Positions 22,981-36,948 of a DNA stretch of 40,064 nucleotides are shown here, piece by piece. Each line of letters begins with the position of its first letter. Positions within the stretch are counted from its first letter, which is position 1. The notes under the pieces were generated by a model that had not been told where the DNA came from, made no database searches, and saw nothing but the letters and a program-made list of their open reading frames with translations. Origin of the DNA: Bigelowiella natans CCMP2755 (lineage: Eukaryota > Protista > Cercozoa); NCBI GenBank assembly GCA_000320545.1, contig ADNK01000406.1, positions 1 to 40,064 of the forward strand, written 5' to 3'. A program made the translations under genes and the position numbers.

Positions 22981-23677
22981 CAGAAATTATAGGCAAAACA
23001 GGAGACTATCACTATACATGACCACCGACCTTTTTTTTCGGGTTCCTTCTGTGGTTTTTCTTCAGCCATTGCTCCGGAAAAATGGGGGGTGGGCAGTCAG
23101 GGGTTTAAGATTTAGTGATACTCTCCAGTCTCGAAGGAGACCCTCAAATATATGGCATTTTTTAAATTTAATTTATTATGTTCATGTCGATTCAAAAAAT
23201 TGGCAGTATCGCCCGCGGGACACAGTATGGTAGTGTCGGGAGCACATTCAGTTCTGGAGATGGACAATTGTGTTCTAATCCTGCTTTGATTCATCTTAGA
23301 TTCTAAGATACGACATAGATTTTATTCAAAATAAAAATATATCAAAAGGAATTTCGCCCCAGCGGTGCCTTCAGAGCGTTCAACTATCATTCTGAAAGGT
23401 CAGGTTTGTTTGCTGTTGCTGCCAAGGAGTCCGGAAAGCAAATGTAGGAGGCTGGTTTCGCCCTTCGCTATCCATGTCGCAGGAGGAAAATCTCGCCCAT
23501 TTGTACAGCCGTCAGCTCTTAAAAGAACTGGTGCACAGGCATATGGGAGCGGGGCAAGAGTTTGCCCTGAAAACATCGGAGAGATGATGGACTAGACGCC
23601 CAACTCAAACACTGGACGACTGCACACAGAATACGAGCAGGCGCGGCGGCGGCGGCGTCGTTCTCCGCCTCCAACTG

Positions 23678-24647
23678 ATGAAGAACCGACTGCGCGCTCT
23701 TGCGATGCGTGAAGAGAAGGTGGTCATATTGCTTCGAGAAGGGGGTTCAGACTACGTGTTGGGTGGAGGCAAGAACGCTGTTTTCTGTTTGTCCTTATCA
23801 TGCTCTCTGCTTCCGCTCTCTCTCTCCCCTTTGTTAGGAACTCCTTCGTGGGTTGTGGATTTCGGTATGGCACGGTGAGATCAGAGTGCGAGATACACCC
23901 GATGAAGGGGCCCTCAAGGTTGGATTTGCTGTTGCTGCTGCTGTTGCTGTTGTCCCAACACTGTATGAGCGATGCGCCGAAAATTGAGCAGCATGTGCGT
24001 TGTCGTTGCACGGAGAAAGCTGTTCGTTCCAACACAAGGTGAGAATAGTCGTGTCTTCAGGTGGGAACACTTTTAGAGGGGGAGGTTGTTCGCAAGTCAC
24101 GGCAGAAGGTAGTACGCAGCAGCAACAGGGGCAGCAATTGAGATCACCACGCGTTGTGAAAATTGTGGGGCGGCGGAACCAAATTCCCTGGTTCAATATA
24201 GACATCAGTACCATCATATATAAGCCATCTATATCTACGCCGTCATTTCTCGCTGTATACAGAATATGAAAGTCCATGCGAGACCGCGATTTCTCCTTCT
24301 CACCTCTCCTCTCTCTCCCCCCCCCTCTCTCTCTCCCTGCATTTGAATACACCTCTTGCGAAAAGGGTTTCTGGATCGAACACTCCCGGGGATGGTCGCT
24401 TATACGTGCTGATAGGTGAACAGCTCTCGAATGCAAGTTGACCATACATATAGACATATATAATCATCTCTTTTTCGTGTAGGGAGATGCTCTTAGTTCC
24501 ATTCTCCCTCTCCACATCTGCCACAAACGCTAACACGAAAGAAGAGAAAAGCAAACGCGATAGCAAAGGCAGTAGGAGTGCCTCGACGAAATCCTCTTAT
24601 GTAAGCTTTCTATTCTTCCCTTATGGAACCGATGAATGCTACACACA

Positions 24648-24682
<35 letters not shown>

Positions 24683-24999
24683 TATATATATATTATCACG
24701 TGAAAATGTGTATCCTTGGCTGTAGATTAAACGCTGTCGGCATTGCTTACGGATATTCGCAAAGAAGGAATCGGTTGGTAGTTAACTTTTGGCACTGATG
24801 TTCAACTAACTTTTTCTCCTCCTAGGGAGAGAAGCATATGTGTAAGTACATTCGAGCAAAGGATAAAGACCCTATTGCGAAATTGGTAGTAGCAATAGCA
24901 GTCGCAGCAGCAGTAGCAATAGTAAGGAGGAGCTTATTGGAATAATAGTAGACAAATGCCCATCACAGGATCTATATGATATATTATGGTACATTTGCT

Positions 25000-25084
<85 letters not shown>

Positions 25085-25279
25085 TGTATCCAAACGTGAA
25101 ATATAATCATGAACACATGGCTTCTCCGGTATATTTGAGACGTCCACGACTGAGTTGTCCCATTGTGAAATTAGCCTCCCACGCCGTCTAAAACGTCATC
25201 AACCAGTCGATTCGCATTCGAGGTTGTATGGAAGGCAAAATGTCATTATTCACAATAAATTGGAATACGCGCACACGCA

Positions 25280-25315
<36 letters not shown>

Positions 25316-26435
25316 GAGACAAATTTATATTGGACAGATCCCTCCTCCGTCGTCGCGTAGGAGGAAACGAGAGGAAGGTGTGGAGGAAGAGGAGGAAGGC
25401 GAGCAGCAGCACGGTGTCGAAGCTACTGCTTCTCCAGCATCAACGTCATCATCATCGGCTGCTGCTGAGAAATCTAGTTCTGCCAGGCTGAATAGTCCTA
25501 TGCTCTCTCCGTTAAGAAAGAGGAAGAAAAAGAAGCAGGTGGCAGCCAGGAGGGCGGCAAGAGAAGCGGCGATAAAGAACCAGCAGTCTCCGCCGCTGTT
25601 GGAAATGCCAACCCTGCTCAAACGTCTTGCCCGCACCTCGCATTCTGGGAAGTCAGCTGCAACCATGGAGATTGATGCGGAGGGGGAAAACCACGGGGAA
25701 GATGAGGATGATGGCGGCGAGAAGGAAGCGGGAGATGGGAAAGAGGGGGAGTTGCTTCTGCGGGGTCCTCGGACAAGAGGGAGGAGAAAGTTGAGAAGGA
25801 CGACGAGGAAAACCAGGGCGACAGCGACGACAATAGTAGGGGATGCAGAGATGTTAGGGGAGAGGGGAGAGGGGATCCGTTTTGTGATGAAGGACCGAAA
25901 AGAAGAGGCCGATGAAGCTATTGCTGGCAATGATGAGGACGACGAGGATGACGCTGATCATAATGAGGCAGGAAGCGATGGTAATCAAAAGAACGGTGTT
26001 GAAGATCCTGATAATGATGACGAGGGTAATCAGAAGAAAAGGGGACAGAAAAACGAAAGCGGGGACGGTGATGAGGACGAGAAAAAGAACGGCAGTGATG
26101 ATGATGACAATGAAGAAAATGATTGTAATAATGTTGACGATGACGGTGGTATTGCCGTTGCTTCTGCTGCTGCTACTGATACTGACACTGCTGCGATCAA
26201 TGAGGATAAGAATGATGGTGATACCAATAGTATCGACGACTCAGTTCAAAAGAAAGAGGGGGGAAGGGGGGGGGACAATGAAGAGGGTAGTGATCATGGT
26301 AAAGGCGGCACGGGGAATGGTGAGGCCGAAGAGACAGTACCTGTGAGTAAAGTCAAGGTAAGATCAATAAAATAAAGATGACGACGACATTGATGATGTC
26401 TGATGATGATTACGATGATACAGGTTGAAAGATAA
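23678..26435 (+). CDS. Hypothetical protein with possible N-terminal SH3-like module and long basic then Asp/Glu/Asn-rich disordered tail
   Basis: Exons from ~24366 (GFWIEHSRGWSLIRADR|EMLLVPF..) splice in frame through to the ~1 kb exon ~25338-26357 (RKRKKKK NLS-like, D/E-rich) and a likely final exon 26424-26435. The phase of the first exons is uncertain. Confidence 0.6.
24997..25081. repeat. Compound (CT)n(GT)n microsatellite, intronic
   Basis: Directly visible. Confidence 0.9.
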
Positions 26436-26559
26436 TGGGATGCAGCAGCAACTGCTCAAGAACTATCGTCCATAGAATTGTAATCATAGTGATGATAGTA
26501 GAGTACGGCGAGAAGCATCGATGACAGATAGCGCCCAAAGCGACAGTATTTGGAGAGAG

Positions 26560-27540
26560 GCAGGAATGTCAGCGCTGCTTTGAGAGCAATCATGACGTAC
26601 GTACATACATGCACGCCGCCGCGGCATTGCATAGCTACATCATGTACATTAGGATGATAATTGAAAAGATTTGATCACATCATTGCATCCGCCTCACGCA
26701 TCTAGCTAGCTAGACACATGTACGTTGCAGCTAGCACTACAGCTAGAGCAGTGAGGTCACTTGCGATGCCACCATGCTAGCATGGCGCTATACACGTTGT
26801 TGTCATAACATGATGCGCTCGATCGCTACGGTACGGTCATGGCTCTAGAGTTTGCGCTAATGATGTGCCCTATTCATCTAGGTGCACCCGCACGCACGTA
26901 GAAACATTAGCATACTAGCATATATTAGAGCGCTAGCGCAGCCAACAACGGCCTAGCAACCTAGCAAGCGCGAATATACGAACAGCCCGCGTGGACACTC
27001 TAGCACAGCTAGTAGAGCTCCTAGCTAGCTAGTTGCTGTGAAATGATAGACATGCAATACACAATATATATAATATATATTAGTGTATTGCTGTGTCTAT
27101 TATGAAGCTATGACATTATTACACATTGCAGCGACACGATGTGGAGACACGCACGCACGTGCTGCACATGATGGCGTGCGCACTGCACACGCAATAATGA
27201 GATCGAAGCGATGCGACGCATACATGCTGCTTTTCTTCATTATTATAGGACAGCTCTGTACGCCATCGATCATTCGCTAGCATGCGTAGATATTGCGTGT
27301 GTAATGACAATCAATGCAATGCGATCTGCTGTCAGACACGATCGATCACAACAATGCACTATGCGGCTGCAACCCATGCGACGACGATCGGTTACACATG
27401 TAGCATGGCTACGATGCATGCAGGAGAGCTATGAATGTAGCGTAGCGCTTTTTGTTCTCTGAGATGCGTGCTGTGGATGTATGCGATATGATGCTGCTTT
27501 AGAGATGTAGCGCGAGCTTGTGAAATGAGTGCAAGTTGCA
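26560..27540. other. Intergenic block rich in self-complementary tetramers and short palindromes
   Basis: TCTAGCTAGCTAGA (26701-26714), CCATGCTAGCATGG (26772-26785), and many CATG/TGCA/GATC/GTAC words; TpA is not depleted here. Confidence 0.55.
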
Positions 27541-28725
27541 TTTTTCTTATTCAAGATTTGCTAGTTTGGTACGGTGTACGTAAGATGCCTTGTTCGAATT
27601 TACATTCACATGGTCATGCTCAACGTTGTTTAGGTTGCTTGTTTTTTGTGATGCTTTGAGTAGAATCTCTCACCTGTTTCTCTCTAGCTAGCTGGGTAAA
27701 ATCATTTTTTTAAAAAAGTACCTTTGTTATGACCTCGCAAAACCAATCTTCCTGATAATAATAATTGCAATATTAGCCACTTGAAAAAGGCAAAAACTCT
27801 ATCCTAGATTGATAGAAAAATGTCAGACGAACGAGACTGTCCACATTTGGCTTTCGGTACAGGTCTGTGTTCGAAAATCATCATACATTTACTGAAGTAG
27901 GTAGAAAATTATACTAGGCGTTTACCTGAGTTGTTGCAGGGCTACACTTGCTCAGAAGATTATTGGTTTTCTGGAATAAATAAAATGAAATGAATACAAT
28001 CACCGGAAAATCTAGACAACATCAGCCTTATTCATGATGATCAAGCGTCTCAGATTCTATGGGTGATGAGGAATTTTAGTCCGCAGTATATTGGTGTTAT
28101 TCGGGAGTGTCTTTCCTGTTATCTTCTTCGACGAAAAAGAAATATTTTGGGAAAAACATGGAGTTACCGTGAAGATCGCGGAGCTTCAGATGTCCCCCTA
28201 GGATATAACAACCAACAGCAAACAGGTTAGTCATTGAAAGGAAATGGGAAACTTGCTTCAGCATGAAGCAGCGGATTTTTGTCCTCAGACATTTGGGTCA
28301 ATCATCATAATTTATTATGATAGGGGCGACACTTGTGGTCATCCTAGGATGGTAACAAACAAAAAACAGTATGTATATTTTCTATCTTTCTCACCTATCC
28401 ACAGGGGGACACAGGCGGGATTGGAATGTTAGGACCGTGGTGTGTTGGTTATCCGCGTATACTACTAAAATAACAAGTCTCTTATTAAAAATGCCCTTAA
28501 TCCATTTTATGCGGAGATTTTAATTTCCCCCTTAATTTCTCCGCTCTTTGCGGCTTTTTCATATAAACATTTTTTGTTTTTCGAATCAATCCCCGCTAGT
28601 AACACCAGTCGCATCCAGTACATGTAAACTATTGACTTTTAAAGTGTAGATTATTAGGATATTGTTCGGTCAAAAATATGATTTACATAGTCGCTGTGTT
28701 GAGAATTCCAAAAGTTTGAAATGAA

Positions 28726-31390
28726 ATGTCTCAATATCCTAAGACTGTATTTAGATATATTTCCAACTAAAATCCTTCCATTCTATTCCCGAAATCGTGC
28801 CAGCCTTCCAGTCTTCCATACAATTTTGATTCTGCGACTTGTTTCTCCCCCATTTTTGAACTGCGACATCCAACTGCCCTCGCAACCCTCACCCAACCGT
28901 TGGTTTACAAATTCAAATTCAAAAACTGATATGCGACAATCCTTATTGGTGATTTCAGCCTGTTTTATCCTCCATTTTCGACCTGTTCTGAGGGACCGGA
29001 TAGGATCAAAGTAAACCTGGTAGGAGCAATGGAGAATGATCAGAACGTGCTGAATCGAGACCCGGTACACTTTGTCACTACATTTAGCAGATTTGCAACA
29101 CATTCAGAAACGCTTACCATAATTTCCAATCCTAGACGACAGCAATTCGTGGGCTCAAAGATCGAAGAAGCAGCCCGTTTAGTAGTAGGAAAGGTTGCAT
29201 GAGGCACTTTGAAGATGATATATTCTAACAAATCCTCAATCATATTTCTCAGCGAGCAGTTCAACTCCTCAGCCAAAGAGAAATCGGAGGCGAGGGTAAG
29301 AAACTCATAAGTTGTTTGTAAACATTAAACATGTGCGTGTGCTAGTTACGAATGTTTCATCTATTCAGGACATGTCTCAAGGAAATTTCCACACCATTGA
29401 GGTATCTGTTCGACCGTACAAATCAACAGAACTCTAGCATATAACGCAAGGTATTTTTGGTAATACAGGTACAGCTTACGACGCCAGAGCTCTCCTCTTA
29501 AGGGCCGAGCCTCTTCAAAGAATAGGAACCTGAATCCAAGTACCGTAACGATTCGTTCGTTTATTGGGTGAAGACATTGTTTTAATTTGGCTGCACATTT
29601 CTGTTTCTTTCTCTTTTATTCTCTAGCAGATGTTCCTCGTAACAACGTTAACGTTGTGGTAAGAACCATTTAGTCTTTAATGTTCAAACGAGTGTCACGT
29701 TTAATTTAGATTTAGATGCATCTGAAGGCTGCTTTCATGAATGAAATCCACTTGACTATATTTTGTTCCACTATTTTTGAGACTTTAATCATTTTAAAGG
29801 TTCGTTGTCGACCGTTACTACCACAAGAAAAGGATGAGGTAAGCATTTTCCTGAACATATTTGCAGAATGTTTAGGAAATTTGATTATTGGTAAAACTTA
29901 AGAATATGCAAAATGTCTTTTTGTAAAGAGTAGTCATCGACTGTATTGAATGGAAATTAAGAATTTCTTTTAAAATTTGTTCAAATTTCTAGAATGCAAT
30001 GAGCATCCGCGATGAAGTGGTAAACGTAAGCGGCAAGTCCTTCTCATTCGATCAGGTATAATTCACTTATTTACAGTGCATGTTCGCATGACTTCCTCAT
30101 TACTCTTTTTTCCATTTCAGGTATACGGAGAAAATACAAGCCAGGCACAAATCTACGAACAAGTGTGCAAGCCTCTAGCCAATCTTGCACTAAAAGGTCA
30201 GTGCAAATCCCACGTCGTCTACCCCCAACCCTACTATACACTGTCGCCCTATTTCATGCTGTCGCTGAGCAGTTTTATTTTAATTTTTTCAGGCTATAAT
30301 ACCACGATATTTGCTTACGGTAGGATGGCTTTATGATATCAGTCAATTTTAGCTCAGAATTATTGTCATCTTATGAATGTGCCGATCGATGCACTAAGTC
30401 TGGATTCCGTTGGTAGGCCAAACCTCGTCAGGAAAGACTCACACAATGACGGGTCAGCGCCGTATTTTATTTTGCGAGCAGGAAGATGAGAAAGCGAAGA
30501 GATATTTCCTTTGACATTAAAAATACTATGATCCTACTAAAGCAACGTTTACATCATAACTAATGTGAATTAACAGGGGATCTATTCGATGAGGAAATGT
30601 GTGGCATAGTGCCGAGAATGGTCCCAAACCTTCATACTTAAAAATACATCTGTAGACAGAGACGAACTCCTCATATAATGTGACATCGAGCACGGTTAAA
30701 GTCTGATTCTTCACTTGATTAAAACCGTTGCATATATCTATCGTCCACTTTTTCAAAGGTATGTGGTGTCCATCGTTAACCCTATTTCTTCCTCCGTATT
30801 TCAAGGTCAATCAGTTGTTCCAGGACGCAAAAGCAGATGGGAAGGTAAAATTAAGGATCTGAAATTGCAGAAGAAAAACTTACCATGGATACAAATTTGT
30901 TGAAAGAAAAGGAGAGACAGACAAGACAGAGAGGCAGACAAAACAAGCTTCATGAACGCCTCTAACGATTTATTGTACTATCTAACACGTTCTACAGCTC
31001 CACATATTCTGTGTGTCCTACATGGAAATCTACAACGAAAAAGTCTACGACCTTCTGCCACACTCTTTTACGGAGATAAACCAGGAAAAATTGGTAATAT
31101 CATGAATTCACCTTATCCCTAATATTACCATTCACTCACGATTACATACGTGAGGCCTTTACTTGGCTCGATTCATTGTATTGATAGGGTGTGTATGCAA
31201 TTTGGACCTGCTGCTGTAATGTGTATGGATGTGCATAAACTGTAAGGTTTTACATGAGAGAGAATCTCTGGAAGTCAAGGGAACCACCGAATCCGGTAAT
31301 TCTGAGCAACAGCCCCCCTAGTCCATTTTTTAAACTCTAATTACGCCAGAATAGTACTGAAAGGAGAATCAGTGTGTTAGCTTCTATGTA

Positions 31391-31421
<31 letters not shown>

Positions 31422-32155
31422 ATATATGTATATATATTAGATAAGTGAATCCCAATTCTCATCTTCTAGGTTTCTATGTGCCCCGACTTAGAAAATGGCC
31501 TGTCCAAGGTATGGTGCTGGCGCGGGTCGTTAGCGAATCGTACTGATATGTAAGCAACAACTTCCTCAGATCAAGCACAAATGCTCAAGTTTATCGAGTG
31601 TGGCATGGAAAATCGCTCCATAGGTGTTATACATCATCTGTGCGGTCTAAATATACAAAAACTGACTCATCAATTAAGTGAGGGCTAGCACATAAATGCT
31701 CTGCTATTTTCTTTCATGGTCCACTCTCTCATCATTCCTTGTCCCCACATCTTGTAAAGCTCGTATGATTCTTCAACCACGTTAGGATCTACTGATATGA
31801 ACCAGACCTCTTCTCGCTCGCACTCTGTCCTTACCATATACGTCGAAAGGCAGGTACACGCCGCCGCCGCCGCTGCCTCGAGCACGAAAGACACCGGGAG
31901 ATGTTGCGAGCTGCTCCGATCATTACTTGCCATTATAGTGGGCCTGACGATGTTTACAACTGTGTGCAATGCTGTTTGGTTGAAAAAGGTTGAAGCAGGA
32001 AGCGAGGGTGGAGAAACAAGGTTGTCTCAGCCTTCTCTATCATTTTTAAGCTTCGGCATTAGCCAATAGCAAAATGGTGCGATAAGTGGGCTATGCTGCG
32101 GAGGATCGGTTACTTGTTATTTGCTGATGAAAGTGAAAAGAGTATCAACTAACAT

Positions 32156-32201
<46 letters not shown>

Positions 32202-32207
32202 GCTATC

Positions 32208-32243
<36 letters not shown>

Positions 32244-32508
32244 CGTTCTCAGAGTCGTACATGCTAGCAAGTTGAACCTTGTTGATCTTGCAGGTCCAGA
32301 AATGATGATGATGATGATGATGATAACGCCTGCAATAATGTTGATAAACAGTAATTCATACGAACAAAGGCAAACCAATAGAATTATGTCTCGTGTGGAG
32401 TCGTCTAAATTTTTTTATTGGCGTGAAATGGTGTGCTGCATATATATTTCCAGGATCCGAAAAAAGTGGCAAACGAAAGGACCGCGTGAGACGTTCCGAG
32501 ACCAAGAG

Positions 32509-32548
<40 letters not shown>

Positions 32549-32625
32549 GACAGCTTGATGATGGAGAGAAAATCATGCAACTTACAACCCATCCTCTCTC
32601 TCTCTCTAGGACCTTTAAACACGCA

Positions 32626-32684
<59 letters not shown>

Positions 32685-33025
32685 TCTTTTTAATTGTATT
32701 TGTGCTGAACGTAAAAAGGTATCAATCAGTCCCTTTCGACCTTGCAGTCTGTCATCATTAAGCTCGCTAGCCACCAGGTTAAAGTACAACAAAGAAGCTG
32801 CGGCATGTTTTAAGACTTCAGGAATATGCAGCACTAAATCATTGTCTATTGTGGTGATCATGCTTCTTACCAATGCAATAAATTGTCCCATTGAGGGGTG
32901 GTTTTGTGTGGTTTCACAGACGGTCAAACACGTGCCGTACCGTAACTCAAAGCTGACGCAACTTCTAATGGATTCCCTCTCCGGCACCGCTGCCACCACT
33001 ATGGTAGTACATATATACATATACA

Positions 33026-33099
<74 letters not shown>

Positions 33100-33402
33100 A
33101 GTTGAATTTCAAATACAATGGGGCTGGGGTGAGGTGAGACAACAGTCCAATCCTCCTTTTGTTAATGAAGGTTGCGTGTGTGAACCCTTCGGCGCGAAAC
33201 ACATCCGAGACGATTTCAACGCTGCGGTATGCAAACGCTGTTAAGAAAATCAAAATTACGCCCAAGGTATTGAGACAATGATGATGGTGGTGGGTGATGA
33301 TAACGAGCATTTAACTAGAAGTTTCGCGATGATGCAACCGTGTTTTCGGGGTGTGTCTTTCCTGCCATACGGATTGGAATAACATTTTCCTGTTTTGCTC
33401 TT

Positions 33403-33452
<50 letters not shown>

Positions 33453-33597
33453 CAGGTTAACGTGGATCCAAAAGATTGCATCTTGCAGAAGCTTTCAGAT
33501 CAGATTTCGGAGTTGAAACGAAGGCTCAATTCTAAGACTAAGGTGAAGGACGAGGGTAGACCAGGGAAGGAAGAGGGAAGGCGTGGAGTCGTGGGGC

Positions 33598-33630
<33 letters not shown>

Positions 33631-35135
33631 ACTGCTCATATTGAATGCAGAGAACGGCTGAGCTCTTAATTATTTTATTGTCCTGTACATAACTAACAAT
33701 GTATTCCCTGATCATCATTCTCATCATCATCACCACCCTTTTTATCCAGCCAACATTATACTTAATATTCTTGAGTATGGTGACCCCCATCATTCATCAT
33801 CATCATCGTCATCGTCATCATCGACGTCATCTCTTTTTTTTATATATCGATCAGGTGCAGGAATGTATGTACCAGCTAGTCTGCGAACTCGCTGCTGCAA
33901 GATCTGGAGCAAAGTCGCTCAAATATGAAATTGGTAACCGCACTACTCACGTGTATAACCTGGTTCTACGGTACTACTCGATCAAAGCGTTTTAAAGTTA
34001 CGCTGTGTTTCTTCCATCCAACCCTTCCCCTCCCCTCCCCTCCCCTATGAACTACTCGCTAGGCTCGCCGTCAACGATTATCAGAGTCAAGTCAGCGAGA
34101 AGAAGGTGGTTCGAACGCATTGTCGCTCTGCTTTGTCACATTTTTGAGTGATGCAGCGCACACCAAATGGTGGTTTCGAGAGTGTTAGGGGAGTAATAAT
34201 CGGTTTGCATCTCAAGAGATTGCTTTTCTATGAAACATAATCAGCTCTGCTTGTGCTCTGAGCAATGGCGATGATGTTGAAGGAGGCAAGAAGGAAGAGG
34301 TACAAACTTTAGATTTGTACTCATGGTGATAAATACATGTATGTTGACTGGTGGAAAATGAACTTGACTCTGTTTTCATGCTTATTCATCTGTTCGCTAC
34401 CTCACTTTGTACGTGTGTAAACATGGCGAAGGTATCACCGGAAGGTAAATCGCGCCTGAAGAAGTTTTCGAGCCATCTCAAGGAAATTCTTGAGCAAAAG
34501 ATTTTCCATGGTACGCAAAGAAAAACTATGCACACGTTGCGGTGATGCAATGTTCGCATGCTCCGAATGAAGAAAGGAAGTGATTTGTGTGTGGTAACGT
34601 TTTTACTCTGCTTGATCCAGGTGGACGCTCCGGTGATTGGCATGGTACTTCAGATGCTGATAAGTTTCATCATCGCTGATATGTGTTGTTCTTGATGATG
34701 AAATGGATGGATTGAGTGCTACGTGATCTTATCGACCTGTTGACTCTGTAATGTTCTTTTGTGAAGGTTTGTCCGGTGAGATCGAGACGAAGCTCAACCT
34801 AATGTAGTATATGCTCAACCGAGACATGGATGTGTGTCTAGACTACTCTAATAAATTTGATTTTTCCATCAATCAATCATTATCTCTCTCTCTCTTTCTC
34901 TCTCCATTCTATTCCAAAGGTCACCATCGAGCAGGAAAAGCTTGGAAAAGGCCGTCGGCTTCAGCATGTAGAATACAATAGTTTAAGCGAAAAGACGAAT
35001 AAAATACGGGGCGTGGAATGAGTTTCGATTACGATGAATTCTATTTGTAAAACGGGTGCTGAGATTCATCCACGTTCTATTGCTCTCTCCTCTTTTATAA
35101 ATCCTCTCTCTCGCTCTCTCACTTACACTTTCTCA

Positions 35136-35192
<57 letters not shown>

Positions 35193-35387
35193 TGCGTGTG
35201 AATGTATTGCTACTGCTACTAACGGTAGGGATGAAGGGTCAATGCCATCATTGGGGGACGGAATAACTCATTTACGAAACAAGGTGTCAAATACTAAAGA
35301 TGGTGATTGACGGAGATAAGGCATTCGACCTTCAGAAACCAACCAAATTTTCATGTCTTCCCTTGTCTCTCGCATGTGTTGTATGCG

Positions 35388-35418
<31 letters not shown>

Positions 35419-36122
35419 CTTTATGATATGGTATATCTCTGCAAAGGTGGCCGAGCTTACGGCTGAGAATGAAGAGCTGAAGGTTAGGCTGATATGATTG
35501 GAACATAGTACTTGTTATGGGTGGATGATGTCGACGGATATTTCAACTTGAGCGCATTTGTATACGCCAGCGCAAGAACGAGAACCACATCTCCAACATC
35601 GGCGCTATGGAAGAAAAGCTGCAAAAGTACACTCGGAATGCTGCAGATCTATACGATCATGAGGTGCTGGCGGAGTAGATCCTTGGCTTGAGCGATGGTG
35701 ATGGTTGTTTGTTGGGATATTAGGAGAACAAAGTTGATGAACTTGAAGAGAAAGTTAAGGTAATCATTCCTCATCTAAGAATGGTTCTAGAAATGGGCTT
35801 TTCTCAGTGGGGGGGGGGGGGGGGGGATGATGGATAGTTATCGAAGAAACATGTCATGTGCAGCAACGAAGGGTCATTTTCATGAAATATTTCTGCTTAA
35901 TTTATGTCAGAATTTGAACTATCAACTCGTGGAGCAGCACAATATTTCAGAGGATCTTGAGAAACAGGTCGTTGAGATTACCGTGCATTACACAAGCACT
36001 TACAAAATACGCACATCCACGCACAAACACACACAAACACACACACTACACACACACTACACACACACTACACATTGTATATATACTTACATACATATAT
36101 TTCTCTTACTTTTTATTCTCTT

Positions 36123-36178
<56 letters not shown>

Positions 36179-36902
36179 CTCTCTCCCCCTCAATTTGCGT
36201 GCATGTGCGCATGTGCGCATGTCAGCATTGTTGCCCGTATATCTCTCTGAGAGTATTTTCTTCCCCCTTAACATATTAGCTGGTGCTCGAAAAGAATAAG
36301 TCGATGACTACGAGAAAGGTCGCCACACGTACACGCATGGAGCACAGATACAACACGCTCACTCCTGAAGGCTTATTAGCCAAAATATATCCAAATAACG
36401 AGCGACTTCTTTTGAAACAAAAGGCATACGAACAGCAGCTGGACGAGCTTAGAAGGGACATAAGAGATCATGAGAACATGGTTGTACAAGTGGCAGGGCA
36501 TTGATTAAAACACGCAATTTCCTAGTTTTCCCGTGCAAACATGTGCCTATTTTAATGTACACTATATTGGTTCAGGACGCGGAAATTCAAGAGCTGAAGC
36601 AAACACTTTCTCATGCTAAGCAAAGGCTCCACAATCGCAAGGTAAAAAGAACGCGTTGTTACCTACACGAATACAGTATGAGTGACATTTGCGGTTAACC
36701 ACAAAATGTACTGTTACAGGAACAATAACTTGTGCTCTATGCGTGTGTTGTGTTGTGCTGTGTTGTGTGTGCGAACGTGTGAGCCAGATATCGAGAGAGT
36801 TTCACGTACGCGATCTCTCTGACAAGGTACTTCCATGCCAGTTTCGATTGTTTTCCGCTATGAGTCAACATGCTGTGTGTAAACGAATTCATGCACACCA
36901 TA

Positions 36903-36948
<46 letters not shown>

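Noticed and set aside
25325-26346. 201-aa antisense ORF and 144-aa Met-rich alternate-frame ORF
   Set aside because: By-products of the GAT/GAG-rich acidic exon.
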